Of a stretch of 64,000 nt of DNA, positions 25,565 to 38,470 are shown piece by piece (position 1 is the stretch's first letter; every line of letters starts with the position of its first letter). The stretch is from Octopus vulgaris (lineage: Eukaryota): assembly GCA_951406725.2 (NCBI GenBank), contig OX597816.1, positions 150,474,001-150,538,000 on the forward strand. The letters run 5' to 3'. Under the pieces are notes generated by a model. The model was not told the DNA's origin. It saw nothing but the letters and a program-made list of their open reading frames with translations, and made no database searches. Both the position numbers and the translations under genes were made by a program.

Positions 25565-25790
25565 TTCTTTCTAATTTTGGCACAAAGCCAGTAATTTTGA
25601 CCTACAGGGTCTAGTTGATCACATTAACCTCAGTACTTGACTAGTACTTTAATTTATTGACCCTACAAAAAAAAATGAAAGGCAAAATTGACCTCATGAG
25701 GATTTGAACTCAGGATGTAAAGAGCCAGAACAAATAATGCAAAGCATTTTCCTGACACTCTAGCAATTCAGCCTGCTTATTGCCTTAATA
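25565..25790 (-). mobile_element. Meta-like SINE
   Basis: Same family as 20780-21010. Confidence 0.75.
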
Positions 25791-26708
25791 ATAATGATGA
25801 CAATGATGACAAAACAAACCACAGCACATACCCAAGGCACAAAGAGCCTGTGCTTGGTAGTGCAGTGAAAGCACACAATTAATGTTAAATGTAATTTCAA
25901 AAATAATAGTTAAATTTTTTACAAAATGTACCCTAGTGTTGTCACAGCTGGACCCAGAAGAAAAGAATACAATATTGTTATTCATAAATTAAAATATCTA
26001 TTCTCTAATAAAATGCTTATAGTGAGCATGCACGCTCAAACACAATATACACATACACACAGTGCCCATTATGTTTGTAATTTTTGAAATAGTTTTGTTT
26101 AATAACTGTTATATCTCTCATCTTTTATTGTTGAACCTTAAATTGTTTATTCTGTATGTTAAAAACAACAAAGTTAAAGGTGATATAAGCCCCCACCACC
26201 CATGATTTCAATTTTGGTTTACTGATAGAATTTAATTTCATTTATAAATTTTACTTCCACACTAAAGTTAAAGTTCATTGAGGCAGCTTATTGCACCAGT
26301 TGCTTAAGTCTGTTCTATTTTCTTCCCTTCTTTATTCTTTATTTTGAAAGGAACAAGTTGTTTTTGTTTTGCTTGTTTGTTTTATTCACTGTTGACAGCT
26401 TTTATGATGGAAATCTCATTAATAAAAGAAAGACAAAACAAGGGAAAAATATCTGTTTTTGGTATTTTTATCATTCAGGGGAAAAAGAAAGAACAATAAC
26501 ATTCTTTGGTTAAGCCTAGTTTTGTATAACATTTCCTTTATTACTAGCCCAAAAATTAATCTGTTTTCTCCATGCCATTAAAGCTGTTGTTAACCATGCA
26601 CAGTATTGCAGTTAAGATGTTTATTGAAATAGTTTTCTTCAGTAGATTTGGTAGATGCTGTAGATTTGGTGTTGGTGCCATAAGCAAACTGAATTTGTGA
26701 ATTCTTCA

Positions 26709-27120
26709 GCAGGAGTGGCTGTGTGGTAAGTAGCTTGTCTACCAACCACATGGTTCCAGGTTCAGTCCCACTGCGTGGCACCTTGGGCAAGTGTCTTCTA
26801 CTATAGCCTCGGGCCGACCAAAGCCTTGTGAGTGGATTTGGTAGATGGAAACTGAAAGAAGCCCGTCGTATATATGTATATATATATATGTGTGTGTGTG
26901 TATGTTTGTGTGTCTGTGTTTGTCCCCTAGCATTGCTTGACAACCGATGCTGATGTGTTTATGTCCCCGTTACTTTGCGGTTCGGCAAAAGAGACTGATA
27001 GAATAAGTAGTGGGCTTACAAAAGAATAAGTCCCGGGGTCGAGTTGCTCGATTAAAGGCGGTGCTCCAGCTTGGCCGCAGTCAAATGACTGAAACAAGTA
27101 AAAGAGTAAAGAGTAAGAGT
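26709..27120 (+). mobile_element. Full-length, little-diverged tRNA-headed CORE-type SINE
   Basis: A box tggctgtgtgg, B box ggttcagtccc, CORE-like gcaccttgggcaagtgtct, internal (TA)(TG), tail aaacaagtaaaagagtaaagag; CpGs retained. Confidence 0.92.
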
Positions 27121-28900
27121 ATACTCAACCACCAGTCTTTACCTATCAACCATATCAAGTAGAGAATGATCTACTTTATCCATTTATTCCTATAAAGTGA
27201 TACAGAGTAAAGAATATGCAATGAAGAAAAATGTATTGGGGAATTTCTCATAGTACCTTCTTAGTTCCTTACATTTTACCTATTTATTATTTTTTAAATT
27301 CAAGTTACCAATACCATATTTTAAATTTATAGATGTTAAGGAAGTAAGAATTGTTGAACAATAACAGAAAAATCACACAGTATAGCTGATTCTATGTAGC
27401 TTATGACTTGCTTAATGTTGAAGACAAACTCTGTGCTCTCTTTAAAATGAGAACACTGAAGTTCTGTCCAAACTGAGACTTTAGACATATCTACTAATAA
27501 AAGTTTCCAGACACAGGAGTTGCTTTTAAGTTTTTTGTTAGCTACACCCATACCATAAGAATGAATTAGTTTAAATAGAAAGGACTGGGGCTACTAGTAA
27601 ACAACAAATACACATTATTCATGTGTAGAAGAAAGTATCCTGTTATTCCACATCAGTTGTTTTGCATAAATAACAATGACTCAAAGAACTATGAGAACAT
27701 AGTTTTGGTTGTAGTACAATGTATTAAAGAAAGTGAACTTTGCAACAATGAGGCTGTTGAAATCTGTACAGCCCCACTAATCTAGCACCTAACAAAAGCT
27801 GTTGTATAATGTCCCAGTGCTTTATATAATGTAGTTCATTTGGTTCCAAGTATTAAAACTAAGCCATCAGCTTGATCAGTAAATCTTATGTTCCTCGAGG
27901 CCATTTTATATTTTGGCTGTATAGAAGGTCTCTTAATTCAAAGACCTTTTGTCTCTTATATTAAGTCAATCATAATTACCTTATATCTCTTCAACTCACC
28001 CACAGTTACTTTAATCTTAATACTGTTTTTGGTTTTTGTTTATTGCCTTCCTTGACCCGTTTTGAGATTCTCACTAAATATATACTAAGTACATTGCCTT
28101 TCCTTCTGTAGCACTATAAACTCTAAAACTCTACATGAACATTTTTCTTTACTGATACAAATTATTATTGTTAACATATAAACTTAAACTATTCTTAACT
28201 TTTAGTTTTTGTACTATTACTTATAAATATGTTGATGAATTCCTATAAAAATAAAGAAAATAAGAAAAGTGTGATTTCTTGTGTAATTTAGTTGGGATGG
28301 GTTTCTGCCACTGAAGGTAGTATCCAAGCAAGGACTGGAATAGCCATTTTGTATAAATAACATTGTTTAAATAATAACTATATGAGGATAATTTCATTGC
28401 TAAAGGTTCAATTATTAATGTGAGGTCTATGTAGGATACTTGTACAGCCTCTTCTTCCAGAAAAAAACTAATAAGAAAAATGTGAATTTTAAGTTGTGAA
28501 ATTTGTTTCAAATGCACCCAAAGCACTTAGAGTCCTCTGATGAGCAAGTTTTTCTTTATTATTAAATAAATTATTATTAAACATGTTGAGAAAGGCCAAA
28601 CCTTTAAATTGAGTCTGTTCTAAAGAATATGAAATTGAAATTAAATAATTTTAATAGTCATCTCCATTACTATTATCATCATTATCATCATCATAAACTA
28701 TTCAGGTGGTTTTCATTTTAAAGGTAGGGATGTCAGAGACATTGAGATGTCTGAGAGTGTATTTGGTTACTACATTAAGTTGAGTAACTATGTAGAAACT
28801 CGATTGTTAACTGCTCAGTGTTCACTGAAAATAACCAACAACAAAAATCACCATTATAAATTTTTGTTTTTTGTTTTTTGTTTTTTCCATGTTCTATCAG

Positions 28901-29150
28901 GATCTAACCTATTTAATCAAAGTATTGAAATAATGAAATTAGCTATGCTGCTCAAGATGTCATCTCAACCGCATCATTTAAAGCATGGAAGAAAAAGAAA
29001 AACAATATTGAATTATATTAAAATATTCTAGTGTTGTAATAAAAGTGTAATAAACTGGTCTATGGTTTGATGAATATTTAATGGTTCTGCCATCAATGCA
29101 AGCCATTAGAGGATAAAAGTCTATTTATCTATCTCCCAATAAAACGACAG
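28901..29150 (+). other. Candidate 250-nt non-coding (UTR/lncRNA/poison) exon
   Basis: ~35-nt U-rich tract + ctatCAG acceptor; CAG|GTAAAT donor; no frame open throughout. Confidence 0.3.
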
Positions 29151-29659
29151 GTAAATAGATGCATACACACAAAGAGATGTGGTTGGAGTCAAATACTAAA
29201 ACAGAACATTGAAAAATATAAGAACAAAACAAAAGTAGTACAGGGTTACAATGCATCTTTTCTTTCACCAATCATTATTTTGGTTTGCTTCCCTTTGATA
29301 GAAAAGATTTTTTTGACTCACCCTGTTACATCCACCCCCTACTATAAAATTGAGATCTGAACTGTTTTCTATTTTATTAATGGATAAATAGAATAAACAG
29401 ATAGTTAATATGAATAATTGTGGAAACTAAATTTTTCATTATTGTTATTGGCACCATCATTTCAAGATAGTGTGTCAGTCTTCTCTTAAAGTGGAAATCA
29501 GATAGAGAACAATATTAAGTACCTTTACATTACATTGATAGCATTATTTTAATTTGAAATTTTATCAAGATTTGTCAGAATTTCAATTAGCAAGTAAAGA
29601 AAGATTAAAGTTTGACAAATCAATGGAAATAAAATTTCTCATACACTTGTGGTAGATGA

Positions 29660-30005
29660 TGGGGGTTTCTTGTAATCAATTGGTTTTTTTGTGGCACCAG
29701 TGAAAGACTTCATTTTTATATAGCCATTGAAGTGCATTTAAGTTGTAATGGTGTTCCAGTTGCATGAGAATATTTGATCTCTGATGGTACAATTGACAAA
29801 ACTCTTGTTATATTATGTTATATTGTTATATTACAATGGCAAAATTAGCTTCCAATAGGTATAAGTAGATTGGACTTTTACAGTTTATGTGTTAAGGACT
29901 TGGCTCAATGCCAAAGATTTAATATGATCTGTCAACCCTTCAGTCAGTATATCAGCAATCTATTGGCTTAGCTTACAGCTCGATGATTTATTTCACTTGC
30001 ATAAG
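29660..30005 (-). mobile_element. Ancient RTE-like LINE remnant
   Basis: Weak minus-strand EINHR.../QLEHH... resemblance to RTE C-terminal region. Confidence 0.3.
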
Positions 30006-30199
30006 ACACAATGATATTTTGTGGTAAGAAGTAGAATCAATTTAATTTATCCTAGTACTTGAGTGGCATTTGTTTTATTGGACCTAGAGAAATCAAAAAC
30101 ATCATCCCTGATGGATTTTGAACTTGGAATATAAAAATGACAATTATATACAAGTTTTGTATTTGTTTTTGGTACTCTACTAACTGTGCAACATCAACA

Positions 30200-30915
30200 A
30201 TAATAATAATAATCCTTTCTACTATAGGCAGAAGGCCTGAAATTTGTGGGGAGGAGACCAGTCGATTACATTGACCCCAGTGTGTAACTGGTACTTAATT
30301 TATCGATTCTGAAGGGATGAAAGGCAAAGTCAACCCCGACAATGTTTGAACTCAGAACGTGAAGACACACAAAACATCTCTAAGCATTTCACCCAGTGTG
30401 CTAACGATTCTGCCAGCTTGCTGCCTAATAATAATAAGAAGAAGTCTTTTTTCTATAGGCATGAAAGGTGAAGTTGACCTTGACAGAATTTGAACTCAGA
30501 ACATTGCGGCAGACGAAATACTGCTAAACATTTTGCCTGGCATGTTAACGATTCTGCCAATAATAATAGCCCTTTCTACTAAAGGCACAAGGCCTGAAAT
30601 TTTTGAGAAAGGGCTAAGTCAATTATATTGACCCCAGTGTTTCACTGGTACTTACTTTGTTGACTCTGAAAGGATAGAAGGCAAAATTGACCTCTGCAGA
30701 ATTTAATAATGATAAATGATGATGATGATTTCAAATTTTGGCAAGGGGCCAGCAGTTTTTGAGGAGAGGGGGAAGTTGATTACATCAACCCCAGTACTTA
30801 ACTGATATTTATTTTATCAACCCCAAAAGGATTGAAGGCAAAGCTGACTTCAGTGGAATTTGAACTCAGAATATAAAGACAGACAAAATGCTGCTAAGCA
30901 TTTTTCCTAGCATAA
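30200..30915 (-). mobile_element. Head-to-tail cluster of four full or partial Meta-like SINEs
   Basis: Repeated aaggcaaagt(t/c)gacc...gaatttgaactcaga units separated by TAA/TGA runs. Confidence 0.9.
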
Positions 30916-32734
30916 TATTGATAGTTCTGAACTTTAAAAGTGAACAAGGTAATGATTGTTGATTAGTGTATATTTTAATGACACCAGTGTCATTTCAGGC
31001 TTTTTTTTTAAAAGGTAGTGTGTTGGAAGAGTAAGCAAAATCAATTAATTAGAGTACAAATGAAGAGTTAACTAGAATAAGTACATTCCAACTGGTTTCT
31101 GCACTGCATTGAAAATACTTGTGACTGATAAGCTTAAGATTGAGCAAGCTTCAATAAGTTGTCAACTATTTTCTGTATTTTAATTCTTTTATTCTTTTAC
31201 TTGTTTCAGTCATTTGACTGCAGCCATGCTAGAGCACTGCTTTATTATGTGTGTGTTTCTCTGCATAAATATGTCTAAATACACATCTATCTATATGTGT
31301 AATGTGTGACTCATATCTAAATCAGATCAACTTGACAGAGTCTACCCTACTTGAAATCATTATTGTCTATCACCATGTCAATCCTGACCAAGCTTACTTA
31401 TAATCAAAGACATTGTAGCCATCTTATCTTTTTCCTAGATCTATTACTACATTTTTTTTAAGACAGCCAGGTGCAGTTTTAAGATTTACTTTAGCAGTTC
31501 AATCAACCATATAGAGGCCTCCCTCAATAGACTGGCCCTCTTTGAAGTTATGTATATAGGTGTTAAATGCATGGCAAGATGCCTGATAAAAACTAAGTTG
31601 GAAAATTTCTCTATTTTGTATTTTTATCAACAATGCATCATCATCATCATCATCATAGGACTTGTTTGATATGTTTATTAATTTTTTCTCTACTCTAGTA
31701 TACTATGGCCACTTGTCTTTCTTTCATCCAACTGTCTTGGGTTTGCCCTTGTTATCATATTTCTGGCCTCATTACTATCAATCACTATTATACTATCCTA
31801 CTGAGCTGGCACTATTGCCCTATCATAATCATCATCATCATATTTTATTGATGTTATTGTTGCAAACTAGAGATAGCTAAAATAGATAGATGCTTTAACT
31901 TATCTCTGCTCAGTGACTCGTCATTTTAGAGTCTGAATCTATCACCAGTATTAGGGAGTGTGGATTGGTAGAAGCATTAGAGCATTGGCCAAAATGTTTT
32001 GTAGTATTTTTTTCTATCCCTCTAAATTTTAAGTTCAAATCTCAACTCAGCCTTTTACATCGTTCCGGAGTCAGTAAAATAAAATACTCAAGCACCAGGG
32101 TGAATTCAGCTGACTTTTAATCTTTGCTTACATGCGATGGGCTAGCTTAGTACAGGTGAACCTAGATTACCGACCAAACTGTGGATCCTCAACAACTGCA
32201 AAATGACACACTGGTTAGAGTACACTGCTGTCACATCAGTATTATCTAGCAGTAACATCTATTTCACTGCCAATACAGGTACCCCTCTCCCCACACACAC
32301 ACAATCATGCATATATACACACACCCCTTCTCTCTCATCATCATCATCACTACAAATCCTTTAACCAACATGAACATTGCTGTTTTTTAAACATGGAGAA
32401 TTCAGCTAAGGAAAACCTGAGAAATTACTTAGAGCTTATTTCACCACTGCCACCACCATCAACATCATCGGTATCATCATGATCATTTAATAGTAAGATT
32501 CTTAGCAAATTTAATAATAGGAGCATTAACTCATTTACAGATGATGTCATAACAAGAACCCTTTACTTTCTAAGTAAATATTCAGTTTTGATGACATTAT
32601 TGATTTTAACCCATAGGTGTAACAGGCAGATCTATCCACATTGAATAAAAAGAAATTAAGTCCCTCTCCCTTTGCTCTTTATAGCTTTTCTCTCTCTTGT
32701 GTTTTCTATGCACTATACATGTACTTTTAGCTAT

Positions 32735-33135
32735 CATCGGAGTGTGTCTAAACATTGTATACAATAAGCCCATCAGACTAAATGCCTTGTAGTATTTCTT
32801 CCAGTTCTTCACATTCCAAGTTCAAATCCCACTGAGGTAAACTTTGCCTTTCATCCTTTCTAGGTTGATAAAATAAGTAGCAGTACAAGACTGAGGCTGA
32901 TAGTATCAACTAACCCCATCCACTTGAAATTGCTGGCCTTATATCTAAATCAGAAACTATTATTATTGTAGCTGTTGACGCTGTTGTTATTGTTATTATT
33001 CTGCTGTTGACTTTGCCTTTCAATCCTTTTGGAGTTGATAAAATAAGTAACAGTTGATCACTGGTGTGAATGTAATCAACTTACCCACTCCCTGAAAATT
33101 GCTTTCCTTGTGCTGAAATTTAAAATTCATTTATT
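32735..33135 (+). mobile_element. Two Meta-like SINE copies
   Basis: gttcaaatccc...actttgcctttcatccttt...gataaaataagta, twice. Confidence 0.8.
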
Positions 33136-33298
33136 ATCATCATCATTATTATTAAATATATGGATATTATAAAACAAACTGTAATATGCATGTGTGTTTC
33201 CTATAAACTTATTTTCAAGACAGCTACTTTTTTAAAGTTTACTGTATGATGTAGAAAAGGTCTATAACCTAAATCACCTGCTACCCCAATGCACACAT

Positions 33299-33332
<34 letters not shown>

Positions 33333-33683
33333 CACACATTGCACAATGGAAGTAGTAGTACTGCCGAATCATTCAAGTGTGTGCAGGAATTAACTTTAAT
33401 CCTGCTTGTCTGCTCAGTCCGTCTTGAACAGCAGTTGTCTATTCTACTAAACATCAATAACACTGTTCCCATTAGTGACTTATTTTTTTATCTTTTATTT
33501 TCTGGTAGTATACACATGAATTCATGTGCATACCTACACACACGGAAATGCATATGCATGCACAAACTTTCTCATACACAAACATATTAATTTACTCATA
33601 GGTACATATAAATAAGTAAATATATATCATCATCATCCTTTAATGTTCGTTTTTCATGCTGCCATGGGTTGGACAATATATAT

Positions 33684-33845
33684 ATATGACAGAGGGTGTT
33701 AGAACACCTACAATGCTAGAAATAAGAGTTTAAGTGCTACAGTCAACGCACACAATTGTATACAACTGTGTGCGTTGACTGCAGCTTCAGAGCATTTTAG
33801 CTCTTATTTCTAGCATTGTAGATGTTCTAACACCTTCTGTCATAT
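33684..33845. repeat. 162-bp loop-less fold-back palindrome
   Basis: atatgacagagggtgttagaacacctacaatgctagaaataagag...gta|tac...ctcttatttctagcattgtagatgttctaacaccttctgtcatat; a few substitutions and one ~8-nt indel. Confidence 0.95.
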
Positions 33846-33901
33846 TTAATGACTATTATAGTTTTCCTTTTTGGTGATACATTTCTTAACAGCTGCCTAA
33901 C

Positions 33902-33961
<60 letters not shown>

Positions 33962-33962
<1 letters not shown>

Positions 33963-34160
33963 GGTGAATCCAAACAAAGAAGCTAATACATGAAAAAACA
34001 ACGTGAGGATGTGGTACAAGTAATGTATTAGCAGATGCTCAGGAAAGGAAAGAAAGAGGATTTAACATTTCGAGCAAAGCTCTTCTTCAGAAATAGAGGA
34101 AAGTCCAAAAGAAGGGAAGAGGGAGGAAGAAAATTGCTAACAATTCACATATGGTTATAT
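33962..34160 (-). mobile_element. Penelope-like pLTR fragment
   Basis: Carries a minimal hammerhead; bounded by (TA)n. Confidence 0.6.
34059..34094 (-). ncRNA. Minimal type-I hammerhead ribozyme
   Basis: Minus strand attt-CTGAAGA-a-gagc-ttt-gctc-GAAA-tgtt-aaat: intact core boxes, 4-bp stem II; stem III aacgtt palindrome appears CpG-decayed to aatgtt. Confidence 0.7.
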
Positions 34161-34218
34161 TTTATATGTCATCATGACCGTGACCAACCAGACTATCACA
34201 TATATATATATATATATA

Positions 34219-34320
34219 TATTGGGTTGGCAAGAAAGTAATTTCGGTTTTTTAGTGTTTTTTAGTCATTTTTTAATACAAAGAATGAACTTTAATCAATT
34301 ATACATTTTCCATTTTGTCT
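34219..34320. mobile_element. Mariner terminal fragment (solo TIR end)
   Basis: TA|ttgggttggcaagaaagtaatttcggtttt resembles mellifera/Hsmar1-type TIRs; sits in (TA)n. Confidence 0.65.
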
Positions 34321-35289
34321 GATGTGTGTGTATAATTTGTTCATTTAGCATCTTTCTGAATGCTAGCATGGGTTGAACAGGAACTATTTGAGATTGCATT
34401 TTATAGGAAAATGTTCTTTCTGTATCCAACTCTTACCTGATTTTCAAGTAAGAGATTATTTATTCTACAGTTTTTTGAAAGCACAGAGCAAAGCAGCTAT
34501 GATATCGACAAGTAATGTAAACATATCACTGTTTTGCTCAGATGACAAGTAAACCTGTAGAATGTCAACATTCAAATACATAACATGCATGTACACACAC
34601 AATTCTTCATTCATGCCTCTATCTTTGTAGTTCTCACTCTATAAGAAGGTTGTTGAACAAGCAGATACAAGGCCAGGTGGCCCCTTTTGCACCCAGTACA
34701 GTCTGTAAAATGGTTGATGTTAGGAATAGCATTTGACTCATCATCATCATTTAACATCCATTTTACATACTGGCATGGGTTGGACAGTTTCACTGGAACT
34801 GGCTAGTCAGACAGCTGTACCAGGATCCAGTCATCTGTTTTTGCATGGTTTCTACAGCTGGATACCCATTACAGTGTGTACTGGGTGCTTTTTACATGCT
34901 ACCAGCACAGGTGCTTTTTGGAAATGTATTGGGGTCTACCTACAGAGAATAGTGGCGGGGAGTGTATAAGTAGTGCAGAGAGGATAGAGAAGGATATTCC
35001 ATGGGCATGTGCAGGGATATGTTTAGAGATGGAGGAGACATAATTGTATCAAGTATGGTGAGGGAAATTGGAGAGGCTAGGAGGTGGGTAGGGAGGATAT
35101 GTGAAGGCTTAGAGAGTTTATGGCTAGGCACATGAGAGTGGAGGTGCCTGCAGTGGGAAACACCAAGGAGAAGTGGAGGGGAGAGTCCTACAAGTGTTGG
35201 GAAGATGGGGTATTTTTGACAGAGGTCAGATAATGTGTGTGTGTGAAGTTGGGGTCATGATCAAAAAGGACATGCATGTATATATGGAT

Positions 35290-35605
35290 GGCCAGAATTT
35301 CCCTTAGCTTGATGTGTCTTCTGAAGCACAGCAGTCACCAGAAGTCTCAGTCCCTTGTCATCTCCTCTTTGAGACTCAAGACCACCTCCTCCCACATCTT
35401 CCTGAGTCTACCTCTTCGACAGGTTCCCTCCACAATTAGAGGGCAGCACTTCTTTATGCAGCTGACCTTATCTATTCACATCACATAGCCACACCCGCAG
35501 TCTTCTCTGTTGCACAGTACATCTGATGTCTCTTATATGCAATTTTTCTCTTAAAACACACTTCATTGTATATGCACACTGACATTGCAGACCCAGTGGA
35601 GCATA
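35290..35605 (-). mobile_element. RTE LINE 3' fragment
   Basis: Minus strand encodes decayed CNVS...REKL.IRDIRC.VQQRRLR...VEGTC.RGR.RK.WEEV motifs. Confidence 0.8.
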
Positions 35606-36152
35606 GAAACTAAGCCCAAGATGAGACTCTCAAACAAGATGCAGCCTTCCAACCCATGCCAGCACAGAAAGTGAATGTAAAATAATTATGATAAAGAGAT
35701 GATTTGTGTGTGTGTGTGTACATACATTTATACATACAGTGGGTGTTCCATACAGTTTCCATCTATCAAATTTCACTCGCAAGGCTTTGGTTAGCTGCAC
35801 TTTGCAAAGGTGGGACTGTGCCTGAAGCCACATGATTGCAAAGCAAACTTATTAATCACACAGCCATATACAGACAAACATAGATAGATAAATATACACA
35901 CAGATATGCACACACTTGCTTTTACTCAAAATATTGACCTTTCAATATATGTAAGCTACTCTAATGTGAATTTACATCTTGTTGGAAACCAGAATATGTT
36001 TAAATCAATGATTAGCAACATATTTATACAAGTCAAAATTTAAAACATCAAAAGAATGATACAACACTGAAAAACGAAAAAATACATCTTTTATGAAAAT
36101 TCTACAAAGTTATTAAAAACCATCAATAAGTCAAATGATTATCTAGGTGATA

Positions 36153-36380
36153 TTAACCCTCTTGCTACCATATTTCTGTTGAAATAGACTGACTTTGTTT
36201 CAATTAATTTTGAAAATTATGAAAAATTTAGTAGAATAATTTTGTCATTATTAAGCTAGGACTTTGAACAAATTAACATGAAGTTTTGATAGAAGGTTTT
36301 AATTTCGATCACTTGAAAACAGGATGTTTGTATCATAGAACCAGGGGTAGTTTTGGGTGAGGGTTGATATCAAAGGTTAA
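36153..36380. mobile_element. piggyBac-type MITE (~220 bp) with TTAA duplication
   Basis: TTAA|ccctcttgctacca ... tgatatcaaagg|TTAA. Confidence 0.75.
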
Positions 36381-37499
36381 TGGTCAGATATCTTAAAAGG
36401 GAAACTTCTGGAGCAACAAGTTTGATTGACAGATGAAAAAAAGAGTAATTCAAATAGATTTGAATTGAAACAGAATATATTGACGATGAAATATATTGAT
36501 GAGATACATACAAAGAATACATTGCCTAAGTAATGATAAATCAGTTAAAAATCTCAATTCTCATTGTTATATTGATCAGCTAATAAAACAATAAGAACAA
36601 TAAGAAAAGCAATTTATATATATATTACTTTTCTTAATGTTTTCTCTTTGTTGTGTATGTTTGTATCAACCATTGTTAGTTCTCATCCACATAAATCTCA
36701 TTCTATTTGATACATCACAAATCTTCTGCTTCTTTCTAATTCTTTGTTACCTGGTAACTCCTAATAAATAAAGCTATATTGGTTTCTCACATAGCTCTGA
36801 TCTGGCTCAGTTTGAGCCATCCTCCAAAATACCACCAATATTCTTTCTTTTTATTTTTCCAACTTTCTCCTATTTACTCCATATTTATAATTATATTTTA
36901 ATAGCTTTTTATTTTTTTGTAATAAAACTTGCCTTACTGTTATGTATTTTTTCTATTCTTAGCTTTTTGTTTTTTGTGTAGATCTCATTTAACTTTTCTT
37001 ATTTGTTTCTTTGTTTTCTTGTTTTTGTGATGTTGTAATATATAATGGTTTTGTCACCATGGTAATCAAAAAGTGAAATGGACAATTAGAGTGATATTTG
37101 TGGCTTTGATATACAAATATATTAAAACAAACACTATATCACATTAGATTTGAATGCACTTGAATTGGAAGACAAGAGAGAAAACTAATAAACACATTTT
37201 ATTAAAATATTAAAATAAGTGTAACATTAAAAATGTGCCAAATTTAGCAAACTTAACAGGAATTATATCTCAGGAAATTAAAATACTTAGATGAATTATA
37301 AACGAAAAGAAAAGCTATATCTATAGTTGAAATAATGTGTCTACAAGGTTAAAAAAGTAACTCATCACTTTTCACTTAGTATGTTGACAAAGTTATATTT
37401 TATTACAAACAGCAAAACAGACACAGATATTTATTATATATATTATAATTCACTCAACTTTCACTTATATGTTGTATACAAGTAACCTCTGTCATATTT

Positions 37500-38330
37500 T
37501 CATCATTTTTCCATGCCTGTGCAGGTTGAGTGGATCTTCAGCACAGTTTATCAACCTTTGTTGCAGTCTTCAATCATTTTCTTCATGAGTTTTAATGTCC
37601 AGAGATCATTTATTTACTTCTTCTTTCTATGATATTTTGGCCTCTCTATCCCACAGGATCTTCCCATTTGATTACTTGGCCCCTTTTTTATCCAACAGTC
37701 ATCCTTCATATGTAACACATGTCCATACCACAGTCTTCTCTCTTGCACACTGCAACATCTGATACCTCTTAAACCCAGAGCTCTGTGTGTCAAAAATAAT
37801 AGTGCTTGACTATTAGTTGAATCTATCATGAAGGTCATTTTGCTCCTTTCTTCTTATACTGAAGAGTTGGTAGTTTTCCTCTTTGGTGGCTATGGTAAGA
37901 GATTGTATAGAGAATAAGACATCCATTGCCTTTCTTTAACTGGGAAAGAAAAGCTGTGTTTTTTTCTGCCTGGTGGCCATGGTGAAAGAGGTTGTATGGT
38001 GGACGAGATTGAAGGAACTGAAGACAAACACTTCTCTCTTTGGCCAATCCCTGATCAACTTCTTCAAGCTTCATTTGAAAAGGGAAATGTGGGTAGAGAG
38101 GGAAGTGTTATTGCTGAAAGGTGGATGAAAGTGGTGAGAATGTTGCGAGTGAATATGCCTGCCCTGTGCATATGCCTGTAGTTGGAAAAAAGGAAAGGAA
38201 AAAAGGCACCTGCCCCATAAGTCAGGATACCCATGGTTTTTATGGGGTTTTTCCATGAGCAGCCCTCAATGTCTCGTCCCTATTGAGGATCACACATTGT
38301 TGACACAAACCCTCACAACAACACACTTAC
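37500..38330 (-). mobile_element. Internally deleted RTE LINE
   Basis: LGLRGIRCCSVQERRLWYGHVLHMKDDCWIKK in ORF 37614-37838 plus upstream decayed segments. Confidence 0.8.
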
Positions 38331-38433
38331 ACACATACACACACACATTCTTTGTTTTGTCCTGTGCTGTCCATAATGTTTCTCTTGATGTAAACCCCTG
38401 TGGTTAATAAAGAAATCATTATCATCATCATCA

Positions 38434-38470
<37 letters not shown>

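Noticed and set aside
27330-27900. Possible ancient hAT transposase traces (KVNF...RLL)
   Set aside because: Too degenerate to support by eye
30200-30915. Repeat-spacer-like periodicity suggestive of CRISPR
   Set aside because: Units are long diverged SINEs in eukaryotic DNA; no cas genes
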